Source: the human T2T-CHM13v2.0 reference genome, Homo sapiens
Assembly (NCBI RefSeq): GCF_009914755.1
Contig: NC_060933.1
Reading direction: 5' to 3' (one strand)
Length of the DNA stretch: 64,000 bases
The notes beneath the pieces are model-generated. The model ran no database searches. It was not told the DNA's origin and worked only from the letters and a program-made list of their open reading frames with translations. A program made the position numbers and the translations under genes. This document shows, one piece after another, positions 43,327-55,805 of this stretch. Position 1 is the first letter of the stretch. The number at the start of each line of letters is the position of its first letter.

Positions 43327-43884
43327 TCTCACAGCAAAAAATGCACTGGGCAATGTTAAACAGGCTAGAAAGATTTTATTCACAGCAATAGGGAAGAGAG
43401 ACCAGATAGCAGACTGAGTTCAACCTCACTAAAACAAAAGATAGATGAGTTTTTAATACCGGGGGTGGGAGTGGGGTGAATTGTAGACTTTTTGGGTTTG
43501 CCAGCTGGCCTTACCTAAAGAAAAATAAACTTTTTCACATCTTCAGGAAAGTAGATACCCACAGAAGAAGTTAGGCTCCTACCCTACCAGAGAGACTCAG
43601 AGACAGAAGCACTATCTTTTTCGGTGATAACATTTCAAAGGAATGACTGGATTATAAAACTGGCCAGACACTTTTGCAAAGATTTATATCTCAAAGGGGC
43701 ATAGAACAATTTCACGATTTTAAGATTTTTAAAGTAAATGTAAGAAAAGGAAAGAGAGGGATCTTTGTGGCTACCCAATCGAGATTCTGTAATGGCCAGG
43801 GTAAGAGGGGAGTCAAGGTCTAAGCGGTAAAAATGAGCCTAACATTTAGACAAACTGAGGAAAATATTGAGGCAGTCTTGTTCG
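43327..43884 (-). mobile_element. Solo MER67-like LTR (ERV1)
   Basis: Reverse-complement similarity to 31248-31782 (GTTAAACAGG...TTTATTCA...GCAATAGGGAAGAGAGACCAGA). Possible TSD ATAT. Confidence 0.65.
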
Positions 43885-44519
43885 ATATCAATTGTTTAAA
43901 CAATTTCAAATTCAATTATGAGTGATTGTAGCACTTCAGGACTGTTGGAGTTCAGATTTGATAACTGCTCTGGGTTAAACAAGAAAAATGTGTGGGATTT
44001 TCACTGATTTGCAGCACTCAACTGATGTAAATTATTATCTTTCTGTAAATTATCTGTAAATTTCAGTGAAATTTTTAAATTAATATAATTAATAATTTTT
44101 ATATATAAAATTCAGAGAGGATGTCTTCAGCACATGCATTTTACAAATAAGAATGCTAACTGAAGTAACTAACACAAAGGTTGCAAAAATTTCATATGGT
44201 ATTTGCACTCTGAAAGAATTTGATATAATTTGGTTAGCTATTTGAAAATATAAAAATCAAACTATTGGTAATATTGCTGCAAGACTTCTCTCCAACACTT
44301 TAACACTTTTTTCCTAAAAGGATGTTAATATTTTGAGAATACTCTTCCAATGTTTTCCCAGTAGTATTATATCAACAACATGACATGTGCATAGGTTATG
44401 GGGTCCTGTTTCTTTAAGCACCAACAATGCAAATGTTAAAAGAGGAAAAAGTTAGGCAAAGTGTTTGCAGATAGAAATTCAAAATGATAGCTTTCATTTA
44501 CCTACTGTATTCAAAACAA

Positions 44520-44690
44520 TCTATTTTAAGAATTAATATTATCGCATATGATCTCAATTTTTTAGATGAAAAACCTGAGGATCATGGAATTAAATAATTT
44601 GACCAAAGCTATGTAACTGATGTTTGAAGGAACTTAGATTTAATCTAAGTTTGGCTCACTCCAAATATTAAGCTATTTTCCTTATACTAT
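44520..44690 (-). mobile_element. MIR
   Basis: TTTTAGATGAAAAACCTGAGG...TTAAATAATTTGACCAAAG core. Confidence 0.65.
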
Positions 44691-45945
44691 ACCCACCATG
44701 TGTGACAGACTGCTGCAGTGAATATAGTTTTATTTGTTTCTACTCTATACAAAGTGATTATTTTACTTTATAAGAACAAGCCTAATAAATTACTGACCAA
44801 TTATGTAGTTTAGGTAATAGGAATGTCAACAAGATTAACACAACTCTCAACATTAAGATATTATCAATTTCTCTACAACAGTTATTTTTAACAGCTTTTC
44901 AAAACTAAAAAGAAACATTGTATTGTAAAATGATAGTTTCAGAAAGGCATGTGAAAAAATGCCTTTTGTATATACAAGAAAGAAACTGAAAAGAAGGAAT
45001 AAATGGTTTACAGTCTGCTCACTGACCACCCCCTCAAGCTCCCATCAAGGAGAAGTAAACTGTAATTATACACACATCTCCCCTCAATGCACACACTCAC
45101 ATGCACATGTATTCCGCTACAGATCAGCATTATTGCAGCCAAGATCATACATAGCCAGTCCCTGAAGGCCTCCAATTGAGAGTATTCAGGTTAGCAGAAA
45201 AGTCTAAATAAGCTTCTTGGGTTTTGTATTAAAGAATTCGGAGAATGAAATGTGTGAGATATTTCCAAACGCAAGTCTCCAGCTACACAAAGAGCACAAT
45301 AGATCATTTCTCAGTGAAATAGAAATCTTTAGCTTTGTATTAATAACCTGTTTCTCCACTTGGTTTACTAAGTGATTTTCTAGTCAGACACAATCAAGAG
45401 GATGAAAATTAAGATTGTTTCTTTAAATGCATTAGCAAGGGATCAGTGCAGGGGAAATAAAAGAAAGTCATGATTTCAAGTTCTGGATGTCACCTGTGTA
45501 TCCTCTCTGAACATGTGCAGAAACAGCTGCAGGCAGGCAGGGGAGGGAAACTTCATGCAATGCAGTCAAATACTCAACCCTTACCTCTTGGCCCTTCTCT
45601 CTATACTTTTGTTTTTAGTGCCTTTTATGCATTTTATTCACAGATATAATATTTTAGATGAAACACTTGTCTAATACTGCTCTCTGCAAAATATTTGGCC
45701 ACATTATCTGTATGTATACTCATAAATACACACACGTATCTATATGCATGTCATGTGTGCATATTTTTGTATATATACATATAAATATATATGTACATAT
45801 ACATAGTTTAAAATTTTGTCAGCATATTAAATTTAAAAATATTCTGAACTTATAAGGGCCCATTATATATATTAAGTTTATCCCTTCAGACAGAATGTAG
45901 TGCAAAGGTTTAGAGATTTAAATGTTAACCCTTGAGAATAAAATG

Positions 45946-45947
<2 letters not shown>

Positions 45948-45982
<35 letters not shown>
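45948..45982. repeat. (TG)n microsatellite
   Basis: Direct reading of the sequence. Confidence 0.95.
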
Positions 45983-45983
<1 letters not shown>

Positions 45984-46197
45984 TGCCACAGGTACACATA
46001 TATTGAAGCTAAGGTGTATTCCCAAGAATATTCCCAAGAAAGCTGTGTTTTTTTCAAGAGCATGTTAATCTTCTATTTATGTATCACAAATTGTTTTTCT
46101 CCAAGTGTTATAATTTTCTGTTCAAATGTATTGCACCTTTTACATGATTTTTGGCTTTGGCATTCAGAGGCCAACACAGAACTTTGGTAAGATTTAA

Positions 46198-46231
46198 CAG
46201 CAGCAGCAGTAGCAGCAGCAACAACTACAAC
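46198..46231. repeat. Short interrupted (CAG)n/(CAA)n tract
   Basis: CAGCAGCAGCAGTAGCAGCAGCAACAACTACAAC. Confidence 0.85.
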
Positions 46232-47892
46232 ACATCTCTTCTTCATGAGTCTTTGTTGACCATTTATTAGCCAACACATGTTATTTGGTGAATTTAATAT
46301 TTTGGGGAGTAAAATGATTAGTGGAATCTCAAAAGAGAAATTGTACAGACATTTCTGATATTCAAATTTAATTGCTGGTTGTATAAATAAAGGACCTGGC
46401 TTGTGTATTCAGATATTCTGAGCAAACCTGGAGTCAAAAGCAAGAATCAGATTTAATATAATTTGTCAAATAAATAGTAAACACATGACTATTTTCATGT
46501 AATCATATGGATTGAACTTGCAGTATATATAGTGAGATTTATTTATTATGATGCTTTCATTACATATTTTAAATGTCAGTAGTATGTACATTCTCCCTCT
46601 TGATCTCTCACATTCTCTGTAACACGATAACAATTACAATAACGCAGGTGAATATTTTCATTTTTTTCAATATAAAGCATGTGTTTCTTTTCAAAATTGC
46701 CCTGAAAAATATTAGTTATTTCAAGCAGCGTGAAAAACGACAGAGTGTAAGAAAGGCTTACATGACTACAGGTCCCCGAAGAAGGGCGAAAATACCTGGA
46801 ACATCCTGCAATGGGTTTACCCACCTACAACCACAGAGGGGCCAATTATACCGATAGAGGATGGCTTGACAGAATCAAGAATGAGTTCAGGAGACCCTGA
46901 GAGAGAATCGAGGATAGATCAATATAGTTCTGGCATAAATGAAAAAAGAAGTAATTAATACTGGAGACCAACCAATAAATTAGGCAGTCATTTTAAGGAA
47001 ATTGAGTGGGACTTTTGCTGTCCTAAAATGTCTTCAGTAACCACATTTAAGGTTTAGGTTGGTCTGTATTTTTTCCATGAATAAAGCTTTCTGGCTTATT
47101 TACTAGCAGGTATTGGAAAGGAATTAAAATTGATATTAGGACTTCAAATATATAACAAGTATTTAGCACAGAAAACAAGGAAAAGTCACAATGCCAAGCC
47201 ATGGCTGATGCCCATGTGTCAGAAATAAGTGACCAAAAATTTATGAACAAAAATTTCATTTGTAGATTATATTAATAATTTCTAAAAATGTGCATTTGTA
47301 ATTCCATATACATAATTCCTCATAAAATCACAAACATATAATTAAATCAAATTTTATAGTAAAAAACTAAAAAAGTTTTAGAAAAACCAATTTTTCAAAA
47401 TTGATATAAAGGTATCATAACTTATGGGGACCGTTTTATAAATGTTGTTAATTGTACTTTTTATTACATATTTACTAATAGAGATGTGAAAGTCATTCAT
47501 GAAATTTTGATAATATCTAAATAGTAGCCTATGAAGCTCTGAGAAGACTTTAGAAAATCTTGCGTCTACATTTTAAGGTTTTCCCTTTCCATGGCCGTGC
47601 TATTGTTTAGATATTGGTCCACTGAAAAGTGCATGTCTTTCTAAGTACAGCTTGTCGAAACATATAGAGTTGACTGTTGAATGGCATATTTTGCTCTTTT
47701 CTTTTTCAAACGATTACTACTTTATAAAATCAGCTTATATATCAATAAAATTATGTTACCCAAATAGTTAAAATAAGATAACAACAGAAAATACTGATTT
47801 TGCACACATACATTATCTAAAAATTTGGAACTACATTTTGAATTTAGCTGACAATGTTTAATCACATACTTGTTACATTAGTAAGAAGTTGC

Positions 47893-48370
47893 ATGTTATA
47901 TTTGCATTCTAACACTGTTCAAAAAATTACCACAGTCTTACAGATTGAAGCAATACTCATTTGTCATCTCACAGTTTCTATAGGTCAGAGTGCAGATGTG
48001 ATGTAGTTGGAATCTATGTTCAGTGTCCGGTAAGGCTGAAATCAAAGTGATCACTGGACTGCATTCTAATCTGAAAAGTTGATTAAGTAAGTATCTGCAT
48101 GCAAGCTCCTTCAGGTTGTCTGCAGAATTCAGTTCCTTATGGCTACAGATTCATGGCAACCTGCTCCTTCAAAGCTAGCAACAAAGAAAGAATCTGCTTC
48201 TTCATGTCTTTAACTTCTCTTGTAAAGAGATCACATGATTAGGTCAGACCTACTCGGGATAGTCTCCCCTTTGATTAATTTAAAATCAACAGATAGGGGC
48301 CTTAATTATATTTGCAAAATCCTTCACTTTTGCCATACAATGTAAACACATTCACAGTTTCCACCCACTA
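47893..48370 (-). mobile_element. MLT1 (MaLR) LTR
   Basis: CTCACAGTTTCTATAGGTCAG...AGGCTGAAATCAAAGTG...GCAGAATTCAGTTCCTT. Confidence 0.72.
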
Positions 48371-49580
48371 TTGGAGAGGGCAGAACCCTTCCAAGTTTCA
48401 ACTATTCTTCTGAAATTGGCCAAATCAATTCTTCCCTATGTTCCTGCTGACTGTTTTGAGGTTCTCTTGTTCTCAGCTCCTCAGATCCTCTTCCACTTGA
48501 TCCTTCCTCTTCCCACAAAGAATCCATACCATGCAGGATTTGGACTACTGGTGGCCAAATTGCTTCTATTTTAGAGTTCATTAGGACTTACCACCTGGTT
48601 CTGTTGTAAATGTTGTTTACTGATTGTTGGTTTTGCTATCTTGTTCCTCTATAATTCCTTGTATTGACAATTTATGTTTTCTTTTTTGTTGTTGTTGATC
48701 TGTGTTACTAGAGGCTTATCAACCGTAATAATTTTAAAGACACCCTTTGGTTTCACTGGTTATTTCTATTGTTTTCTGTTTCCTAATCCATTTATTTCTG
48801 CATCTGATTATATCCATCCTTGTACTTACTTTGAGTTTAACTTGCTCATCTTCTTATACTTAAAATGAAAGTTTAACCATTGATTACAAATATTTCTTTT
48901 CCAATGTAAATATTAAGACTATGATTGTCCCTTTATAGTCTGTTTTAGCTTTATTCCAAAATGTTGATATGTTATGCTTTTCATTATCATTCAGTTTGAA
49001 ATACTTTCTAATTTCTCTTTTGATTTATTTTTAAGTACACTATTAATGCTCAAATAATTAGGGATTTTTCCAGGTATGTTTTTAAATTGATTAATAATTT
49101 AATTCTGTTATGGCTAGAGAATATATTATGTATTATTTCAATCCTCTTTAAATGTGCTAAGTCTTGTTTTATGGCATAACATATGGTCTGTCTTTGTGAG
49201 CTTAAACAGAATGTGTATTCTTGTTTATAGTGTCCTGTTAATGTTGATTAAGTCCAATGGCTGGTAGTGTTTTAAAGTCTTCTACTGATTGTCTAATCGT
49301 TTTATCAGTTGCACAGTGAGGAGTGTTGGCATCTCTAATTGTAGATTTATCTATTTTTAATCTTCATTTCTGTCCATTTTTACTTGATATAATTTAATAT
49401 AGGCTGTTTACATAGCGTATCTCAGAAGAGTACATATCTCTTCTTTAAGAATCAATCTTATTATCTCTTTATATCATGAAATGTCTCTATTGTTAGTAAT
49501 ACTCCATATCCTGATGTCTAATTTGCTACATGTTCCTAGAACTTCATTTTTTCTCATAATTAGTGTTGACATGGTATATT

Positions 49581-50190
49581 TTGGGAAAGAGCAAAGGAGC
49601 TCCTGACAACAAGGAACTAGCTGGATACAGAGAGGTGGGCACTGGTGTTCCTAAGAACTGCCCTGGCCCTCACAGCTGGGCTGTGCTGTTCTCTTTATCG
49701 AATGTAAAAAGTCTCAGAGACTACCAGCATTAGACAAGATTACTCTGGACCACAATGGAACAAGACACAAGCAAGACCTCTCATTAACTGTATATAAGCA
49801 CAAACGTAAACAAGGTCATTAATCAAACCACAAAAATTATCAAACACCCTTCTCCTGGCTAATAAGAGTGAAAACCGCTTTCTTGCCAATATAACTTTAG
49901 CCGTATGCTGTTCTTTTCCCCTCTAGATAAGAGCCATTAATAGACCCAGTCATAAAAGTATCCCAATTTATTAACATCACTCAAACAAATGTAAATTCCA
50001 CTTCATTGGATCTGCCTCAAATTCATCTAATACAAGCCAAAATTATACAATAAACCTCTTGAACACCGCCTTACTGAGATGCCCCTGGATCCCCCATGTT
50101 GTACTGTGTTGTTTCTTTCAGTAAGTCAATAAAACAATTTTATTTAATTAAAGATATGTTTTTTATGACATTAAATTCATGAGAATTACC
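49581..50190 (+). mobile_element. MER90-like ERV1 LTR
   Basis: CCTCACAGCTGGGC...CATTAGACAAGATTACTCTGGACCAC...AAACCACAAAAATTATCAAACACCC, with AATAAA near the end. It interrupts antisense L1. Confidence 0.55.
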
Positions 50191-50759
50191 AATATATTTC
50201 TATACTTTTAATCTATGTCCTTATATTTAATATCTGTCTATTGCAAACAATATATAATTGGGTCTTTTCTGTTTATGCATTCTGATGATTTTTACTTTTA
50301 AATTGAAAAGTTTACACTTAATATAAATAATTATGTGTATGAATTTAAGTATATCGTAATGCTAGTTGTTTTCTGCTTGTCTCAATTCTTTGTTGTCCCT
50401 TTTTCTTTTCCTGTATATTTGTGTTGATTGAATATATTTTCATACTCCATTTTATTGCGTGTATTTGTTTATTAGCTAATTCTATTTCTTTTATCCATTT
50501 TCTGAACTTGCTTTAGAATTTTCAGTATGTAGCTTTAAATCACCACTATCATCCTCAAAATACTATTATACAATTTTACCTATAATATATAATTGCCTTA
50601 TAGCAGTATATTTGTTTCCCCTCTTTGTATTCTGTGTGCTATTAGTTTCATGCATTTTACTTCTATATATATTATAAAACTCAATTTTTACATTAAAAGT
50701 CATTTTTAGTTGAGATAAATAGAAAAAACTATATTTGCATACATTTACCATTTTTAAAA

Positions 50760-51255
50760 AAATCTTTTCTTTTCAACTCTTTTTTTTAGTTTGGAGAGCA
50801 CATGTGCAGGTTTCTTACATAGCTAAATTGTGTGTCGCTGAGGTTTGGTGTACAAATGATTACGTCACTCAGGTATTGAGCATAGTATCCAAAAGGTGGT
50901 TTTCTCAACCCTCCTTTCCCCTCCTACCCACACCTCACTTGTAGTCCCCAATGTCTAAAATTCCCATCTTTATGTCCATGTGTACTCAACATTTAGCTCC
51001 TACATATGAGGGAGAACACATGGTATTTGGTTTTCTGTTATTGTGTAAATTTGCTTAGAATAATGGCCTCCAACTACATCCATGTTGCTACAAAGGACAT
51101 AATTTGTTCTTTTTTATGGCTGCATAGTATTCCAAGGTGTATATGTACCAAATTTGATTTATCCAGTCCACCACTGATAGACATCTAAGTTGATTCTATG
51201 TCTTTGCTATTGTGAATAGTGCTGCAATAAACATATGAGTGCATGTGTTTTTAAA
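50760..51255 (-). mobile_element. Older L1PA (PA15/16-like) 3' end
   Basis: ACATGTGCAGGTTTCTTACAT...TTTAGCTCCTACATATGAGGGAGAACA...TGCTATTGTGAATAGTGCTG. Confidence 0.82.
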
Positions 51256-51891
51256 AATTTTTTTTCTGTGATCTGGGTTTACTTCTGTTATCATTTGATT
51301 TTATCTTGCAGAGTTTCCGTAGATATTTCTTGTACTTTAGATCTGTTTGCAATACATTATCTCAGCTTTGTCTGAAAAACGTATTTATTTTTGCCTTTAC
51401 ATTTGAAAACATTTTTTCTGGATGAAAATTCTAGATTGAACTTTCTTCCTCCAGCACTATATTAATTCATTTCATTGTCTCCTGGTTTGCATTGTTTCTG
51501 ATAAGAAGAGAAATGACTAATGCTTCTTATTATTGTTCCCAGTTTATAATATGCCTTTACCTACTTTGGCTGCTTTTAAAATTTTCTCATTACCATTTTT
51601 TTTAGTTAAAAATAAACTTTTTATTATAGAAACATTTGAATATATTCAAAAAAATAAAGACACCAGTATAATGAACTCCCACTTACCTATCACCCAGCAG
51701 TAATAATTACTGCTATTATATATATATACATTTATTTTAAAATTCCATATATCAGGGTCTTCACAGTATGTAGCTCTAATTTGTAAGAGCATATTTTCAA
51801 AACATTACCTTCATGTCATTATTACAGATAAGTAATTAATGGTAATTTCTTAATATCACTTAACACCTAGTCCATATTCCATTTTCCCAAT

Positions 51892-52432
51892 TTTATTAGT
51901 CAGGGTTCTCTAAAGGGACAGAACTAATAGTATACATTAATACGTATGTATGAAGGGGACTTTATTGGGAGAATTGACTCACAAAATCACAAGGAGAAGT
52001 CCCAAAATAGAGGCCGTCTACAAGCTGAGGAGAGAGGAAGCCAGTCTGAGTCCCAAAACCTCGAAAGTAGGGAAGCTGAAAGTGGAACCTTTAGTCTGTG
52101 GATGATGGCCCAAGAGCCCTTGGAAAATCAATGGTGTAAGTCCAAGAATCCAAAAGCTGAGGAACTTAGAGTCTGATGTTTGAGGGCAGGAAGCATCCAG
52201 GATGGGAGAAAGATGAAAGCCAGAAGACTCAGCAAGTCAGCTCCTTTCAGCTTCTTCTGCCTGCTTTTTTCTCTCCAGTAATAGCAGCTGATTGGACGGT
52301 GCCCACCCAGATTGAGGGTGGGTCTGCCTCTCCCAATCCATTGACTCAAACATCACCCTCACAGACACACCCAGAAACAATACTTTGCCTCCTTCAATCC
52401 AATCAAGTTGACACTCAATATTAACCATCACA
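51892..52432 (-). mobile_element. Solo MLT2A2-like LTR (HERVL)
   Basis: Minus strand starts TGTGATGGTTAATATTGAGTGTCAACTTGATTGGATTG. 5-bp TSD CCAAT at 51887-51891 and 52433-52437. Confidence 0.9.
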
Positions 52433-52575
52433 CCAATTGTCTCAAGGATTTTTTTTTTAATATATATAGTTGGGTTGTTCACCTCAGGACTCAAACAAGG
52501 TCCTATATTGCATCACATTATTTTGTCTCTTAAGTTGGTTTTATGCTATAACAGTCTTTTTGCCTTTATAATTTT

Positions 52576-52887
<312 letters not shown>

Positions 52888-53344
52888 CACCTTTATAATT
52901 TTTAAAATGCCATTGATTTCTTGGGCCATTTGTTGCATAGAGTGTCCCAAATTCTTTATTTGGCCAATCACCTTCTTAAAGTGATTAACAGTTTACCACA
53001 TTTTTGGTAAACTGGTAATTGCATCAAGGGGATTAATTAGATTTAGGTTAATTCCCCCCACACACACACCTGATTTTTAGCAAGAGTACTTTATAGGCAG
53101 TACTTTTCAACATGTTTAATTGGTAAACTCTCCCTCATCTTTGCATTCTCTTCCACCTGCCAATCTTCTTCCTCTCAATCCACAGTGGAACATCTCCAGA
53201 AAGTTGTTACCTTTGCTTTCATAATTTCTTCACCTTTCACTCATTTTTCAACCCATTCAGATCTGGCTTCTGTCCCTGTTATTCTCAGAAACAACAATGA
53301 CATCCATATCTCCAAATCAAACAGAGATTTATTTTTTCAATTCC

Positions 53345-53910
53345 TATGTTTTTCCAATTAAAACATTTGGTAGCTTAAAATGGGAATTTATTTTATCTCT
53401 CATGGTTCTGTGGAATGACTGGATTTAGCTGCACAATTCTCATTTGGGGTCTTTCTATGGGTTGGATTCATCTGAAGGCTTGAAATCCAAGATGGCTTCT
53501 TCCTTCATATGGCTGGTATCCAGGTTGAATTACTGGAACTGGGGTCTGGCCAGGCATACATTTCTCTCTCTCTCTCTCTCTCTCTCTCCCCCCCGACCCC
53601 CAACTTCTTCTATATTGCATCTTCCATATCGAATCTTCACACTCTTAGTTTGGGCACCTTCACAGCATGGTAGTTTATGAGTCAACAGACATCTTGCACT
53701 ATGGCTAGCTCTTGAAGTTTTCCCTCTGAGAAAGAATTTCAAGAGACAAAGATGGATGTTTCAAGGATTTGTATGACATCTAAAGTCACATAGTGTCCCC
53801 TCTGCTTCAGTCTACTGGTAAAACAAGTGTAGCCCCATTCAACGTGGAAGACACTACACAAAGGTGTGAATTTCAGAAAGAATAGTTCACTGGAGGCTAC
53901 CTATCACACT
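53345..53910 (-). mobile_element. MLT1 (MaLR) LTR within an L2 fragment, containing a (CT)n tract
   Basis: ATCTCTCATGGTTCTGTGG...ATCCAAGATGGCTTC...TCACAGCATGG...AGTCACATAGTGTC. Confidence 0.7.
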
Positions 53911-54004
53911 ATATCTTTAGATATTCGACACTTATCAGCACCTCGGCAAACTTTACATTCTTTGAAACACTCTGTCCCCTTACTCCCATAACAAGCCAGT
54001 TTTC

Positions 54005-54235
54005 TTTTTACTTAATATTTTACATTGACATATAATATTTGTGCATATTTATGAGATACACAGTGAAGTTGCATTATCGACAATGTACAGTGATCAGATC
54101 AAGATAATTAGCACATTTATCATCTCAAACATTTAGCATTGCTTTGTGTTGGAAAAATTAAATGTCTTCCTTCTAACTATTTGAAGCTAAAATATATTAT
54201 CGCTAACTCTAGTCATCCTACAGTGCTATGGAATA
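54005..54235 (-). mobile_element. L1MA 3' end
   Basis: GTGATCAGATCAAGATAATTAGCA...CATCTCAAACATTTAGCATT...AGTCATCCTACAGTGCTAT. Confidence 0.78.
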
Positions 54236-54329
54236 CCGCCAGTAAGTCATATCATAATCACGTATCATATTGTTTATGATATGTCTTCGTGGCAGTGGTG
54301 ATAGTGTAGAGTGTATGTATGTGTGTGTA

Positions 54330-55190
54330 TTCTATTTGGTTAGGTTTATGGAGCTCCTTAAATAGGTGGATAAAGGTTTTTCACATAATCTGAACATTTG
54401 CCAACACTACTTTTTAAACATTTCCACAAAATCTCTTCTGTAATACCAATAGCAATTATGTTAGATTGTTTAATTGTGCCTTAGGCTAATGAACTCTTTT
54501 CATTTTATTTTCCACTCTTGTTTTCTCCATGATTCACTTTAAATATTTTCTATTGCTCTGTGATTGAGCTCAATGGTCTCTTCTTCCACAGTGTTTAATC
54601 TACTATAAAGCCATCAAACCAATTTTTAAAATTCCTTTATTTTAGAAACTGGGGTCCTACACACAGATTTGTTACATGGATATATTGCATCTAGGTAGTT
54701 GTCATACTACTCAATAGGTAGTTTTTCAACTCACATCCCTCTCCCTACCTCTTCTAGTAGTCCACAGTATATGTTATTCCCAAGTTTATCCATGTTCACT
54801 CAATGATGACTCCTACTTACATGTGAGAATACACAGTATTTGGTTTTCTATTCCTGTGTGAATTTGAAAAGCAATTATTATTTCTACAATTTCTATTTGG
54901 TTATTTCATATAATTCTCACATCCCTACTGATATTATTTTTAAAAATTCTTTCATTATGTTCACAGTACTTTTTTCTTACATTCTTGACTATAATAGCTA
55001 TGTTAAAGTTGTTTTTCTGCTTATCCCATTGTTTTGTCATTTTTCAATCTGTTTCTGTTGACTCATTTTGTTCCTATATATTGGTAATATTTTTCGGCCT
55101 TCTTCACATATATAGTAGTTTTTTGTTGTATTATTTTCATGTTAAGTTGCTGAATGTATGGATTTTTTGGTGCTTTTATAATAGAGAATA
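54330..55190 (-). mobile_element. Old L1M ORF1-region fragment with a nested L1PA 3' end (~54635-54862)
   Basis: Antisense L1-like sequence. The nested part reads AGATTTGTTACATGGATATATTGCAT...CCTACTTACATGTGAGAATA. Confidence 0.6.
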
Positions 55191-55481
55191 ATTTCTCTGA
55201 CAACTACATGCAGTTCCTTCCATGCAATCCTTATATCATAAGTGATGGTTTCAGAGCCTGTCCTTGTATGGTGTGTTGAAGAAATATTCATAAATTTTGT
55301 GTGGTTAAATCTTGGGAATCATAGAATGTGCAATGCAAAGTGGTTGTTGTGGTGTGGTAAGAAGTCTTCATTATAGAAGCTAAAATAAGGAAACTTGTTG
55401 GGGCTAGATTATGAATCCTTCAAAGGTTGTTGTTTCTTTTATTGTTGGGAGTAAAAAGTCTGTGACTTTCCATCAGTTATT

Positions 55482-55805
55482 ATTTATTTTTATTTTTGTT
55501 TGTTTTTGTTTTTTTGAGACAGAGTCTCGCTCTGTCGCCCAGGCTGGAGTGCAGTGGCGTGATCTCGACTCACTACAACTCCGCTTCCTGGGTTCATGCC
55601 ATTCTCCTGCCTCACCCTCCCGAGTAGCTGGAGTAGCTGGGACTACAGGCGCCTGCCATCACGCCCGGCTAATTTTTTGTATTTTTTAGTAGAGATGGGG
55701 TTTCACCATGTTAGCCAGGATGGTCTCGGTCTCCTGATCTCGTGATCCGCCCACCTCGGCTTCCCAAAGTGCTAGGATTACAGTCATGAGCCACCGCGCC
55801 CGGCC
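55482..55805 (-). mobile_element. AluY with an internal 9-bp duplication
   Basis: Reverse-complement Alu. GAGTAGCTG x2 at 55622-55639. TSD CCATCA(G/A)TTATT at 55470-55481 and 55807-55818. Confidence 0.93.

Larger units (their letters stand above)
48640..51600 (-). mobile_element. Old L1M fragments with nested insertions
   Basis: T-rich antisense L1 EN and ORF1-type sequence, e.g. GAATGTGTATTCT and AAAATTCTAGATTGA. Confidence 0.65.

Noticed and set aside
46198-46231. CAG tract as a polyglutamine or polyalanine exon
   Set aside because: Short, interrupted by TAG, with no flanking open frame or splice support.
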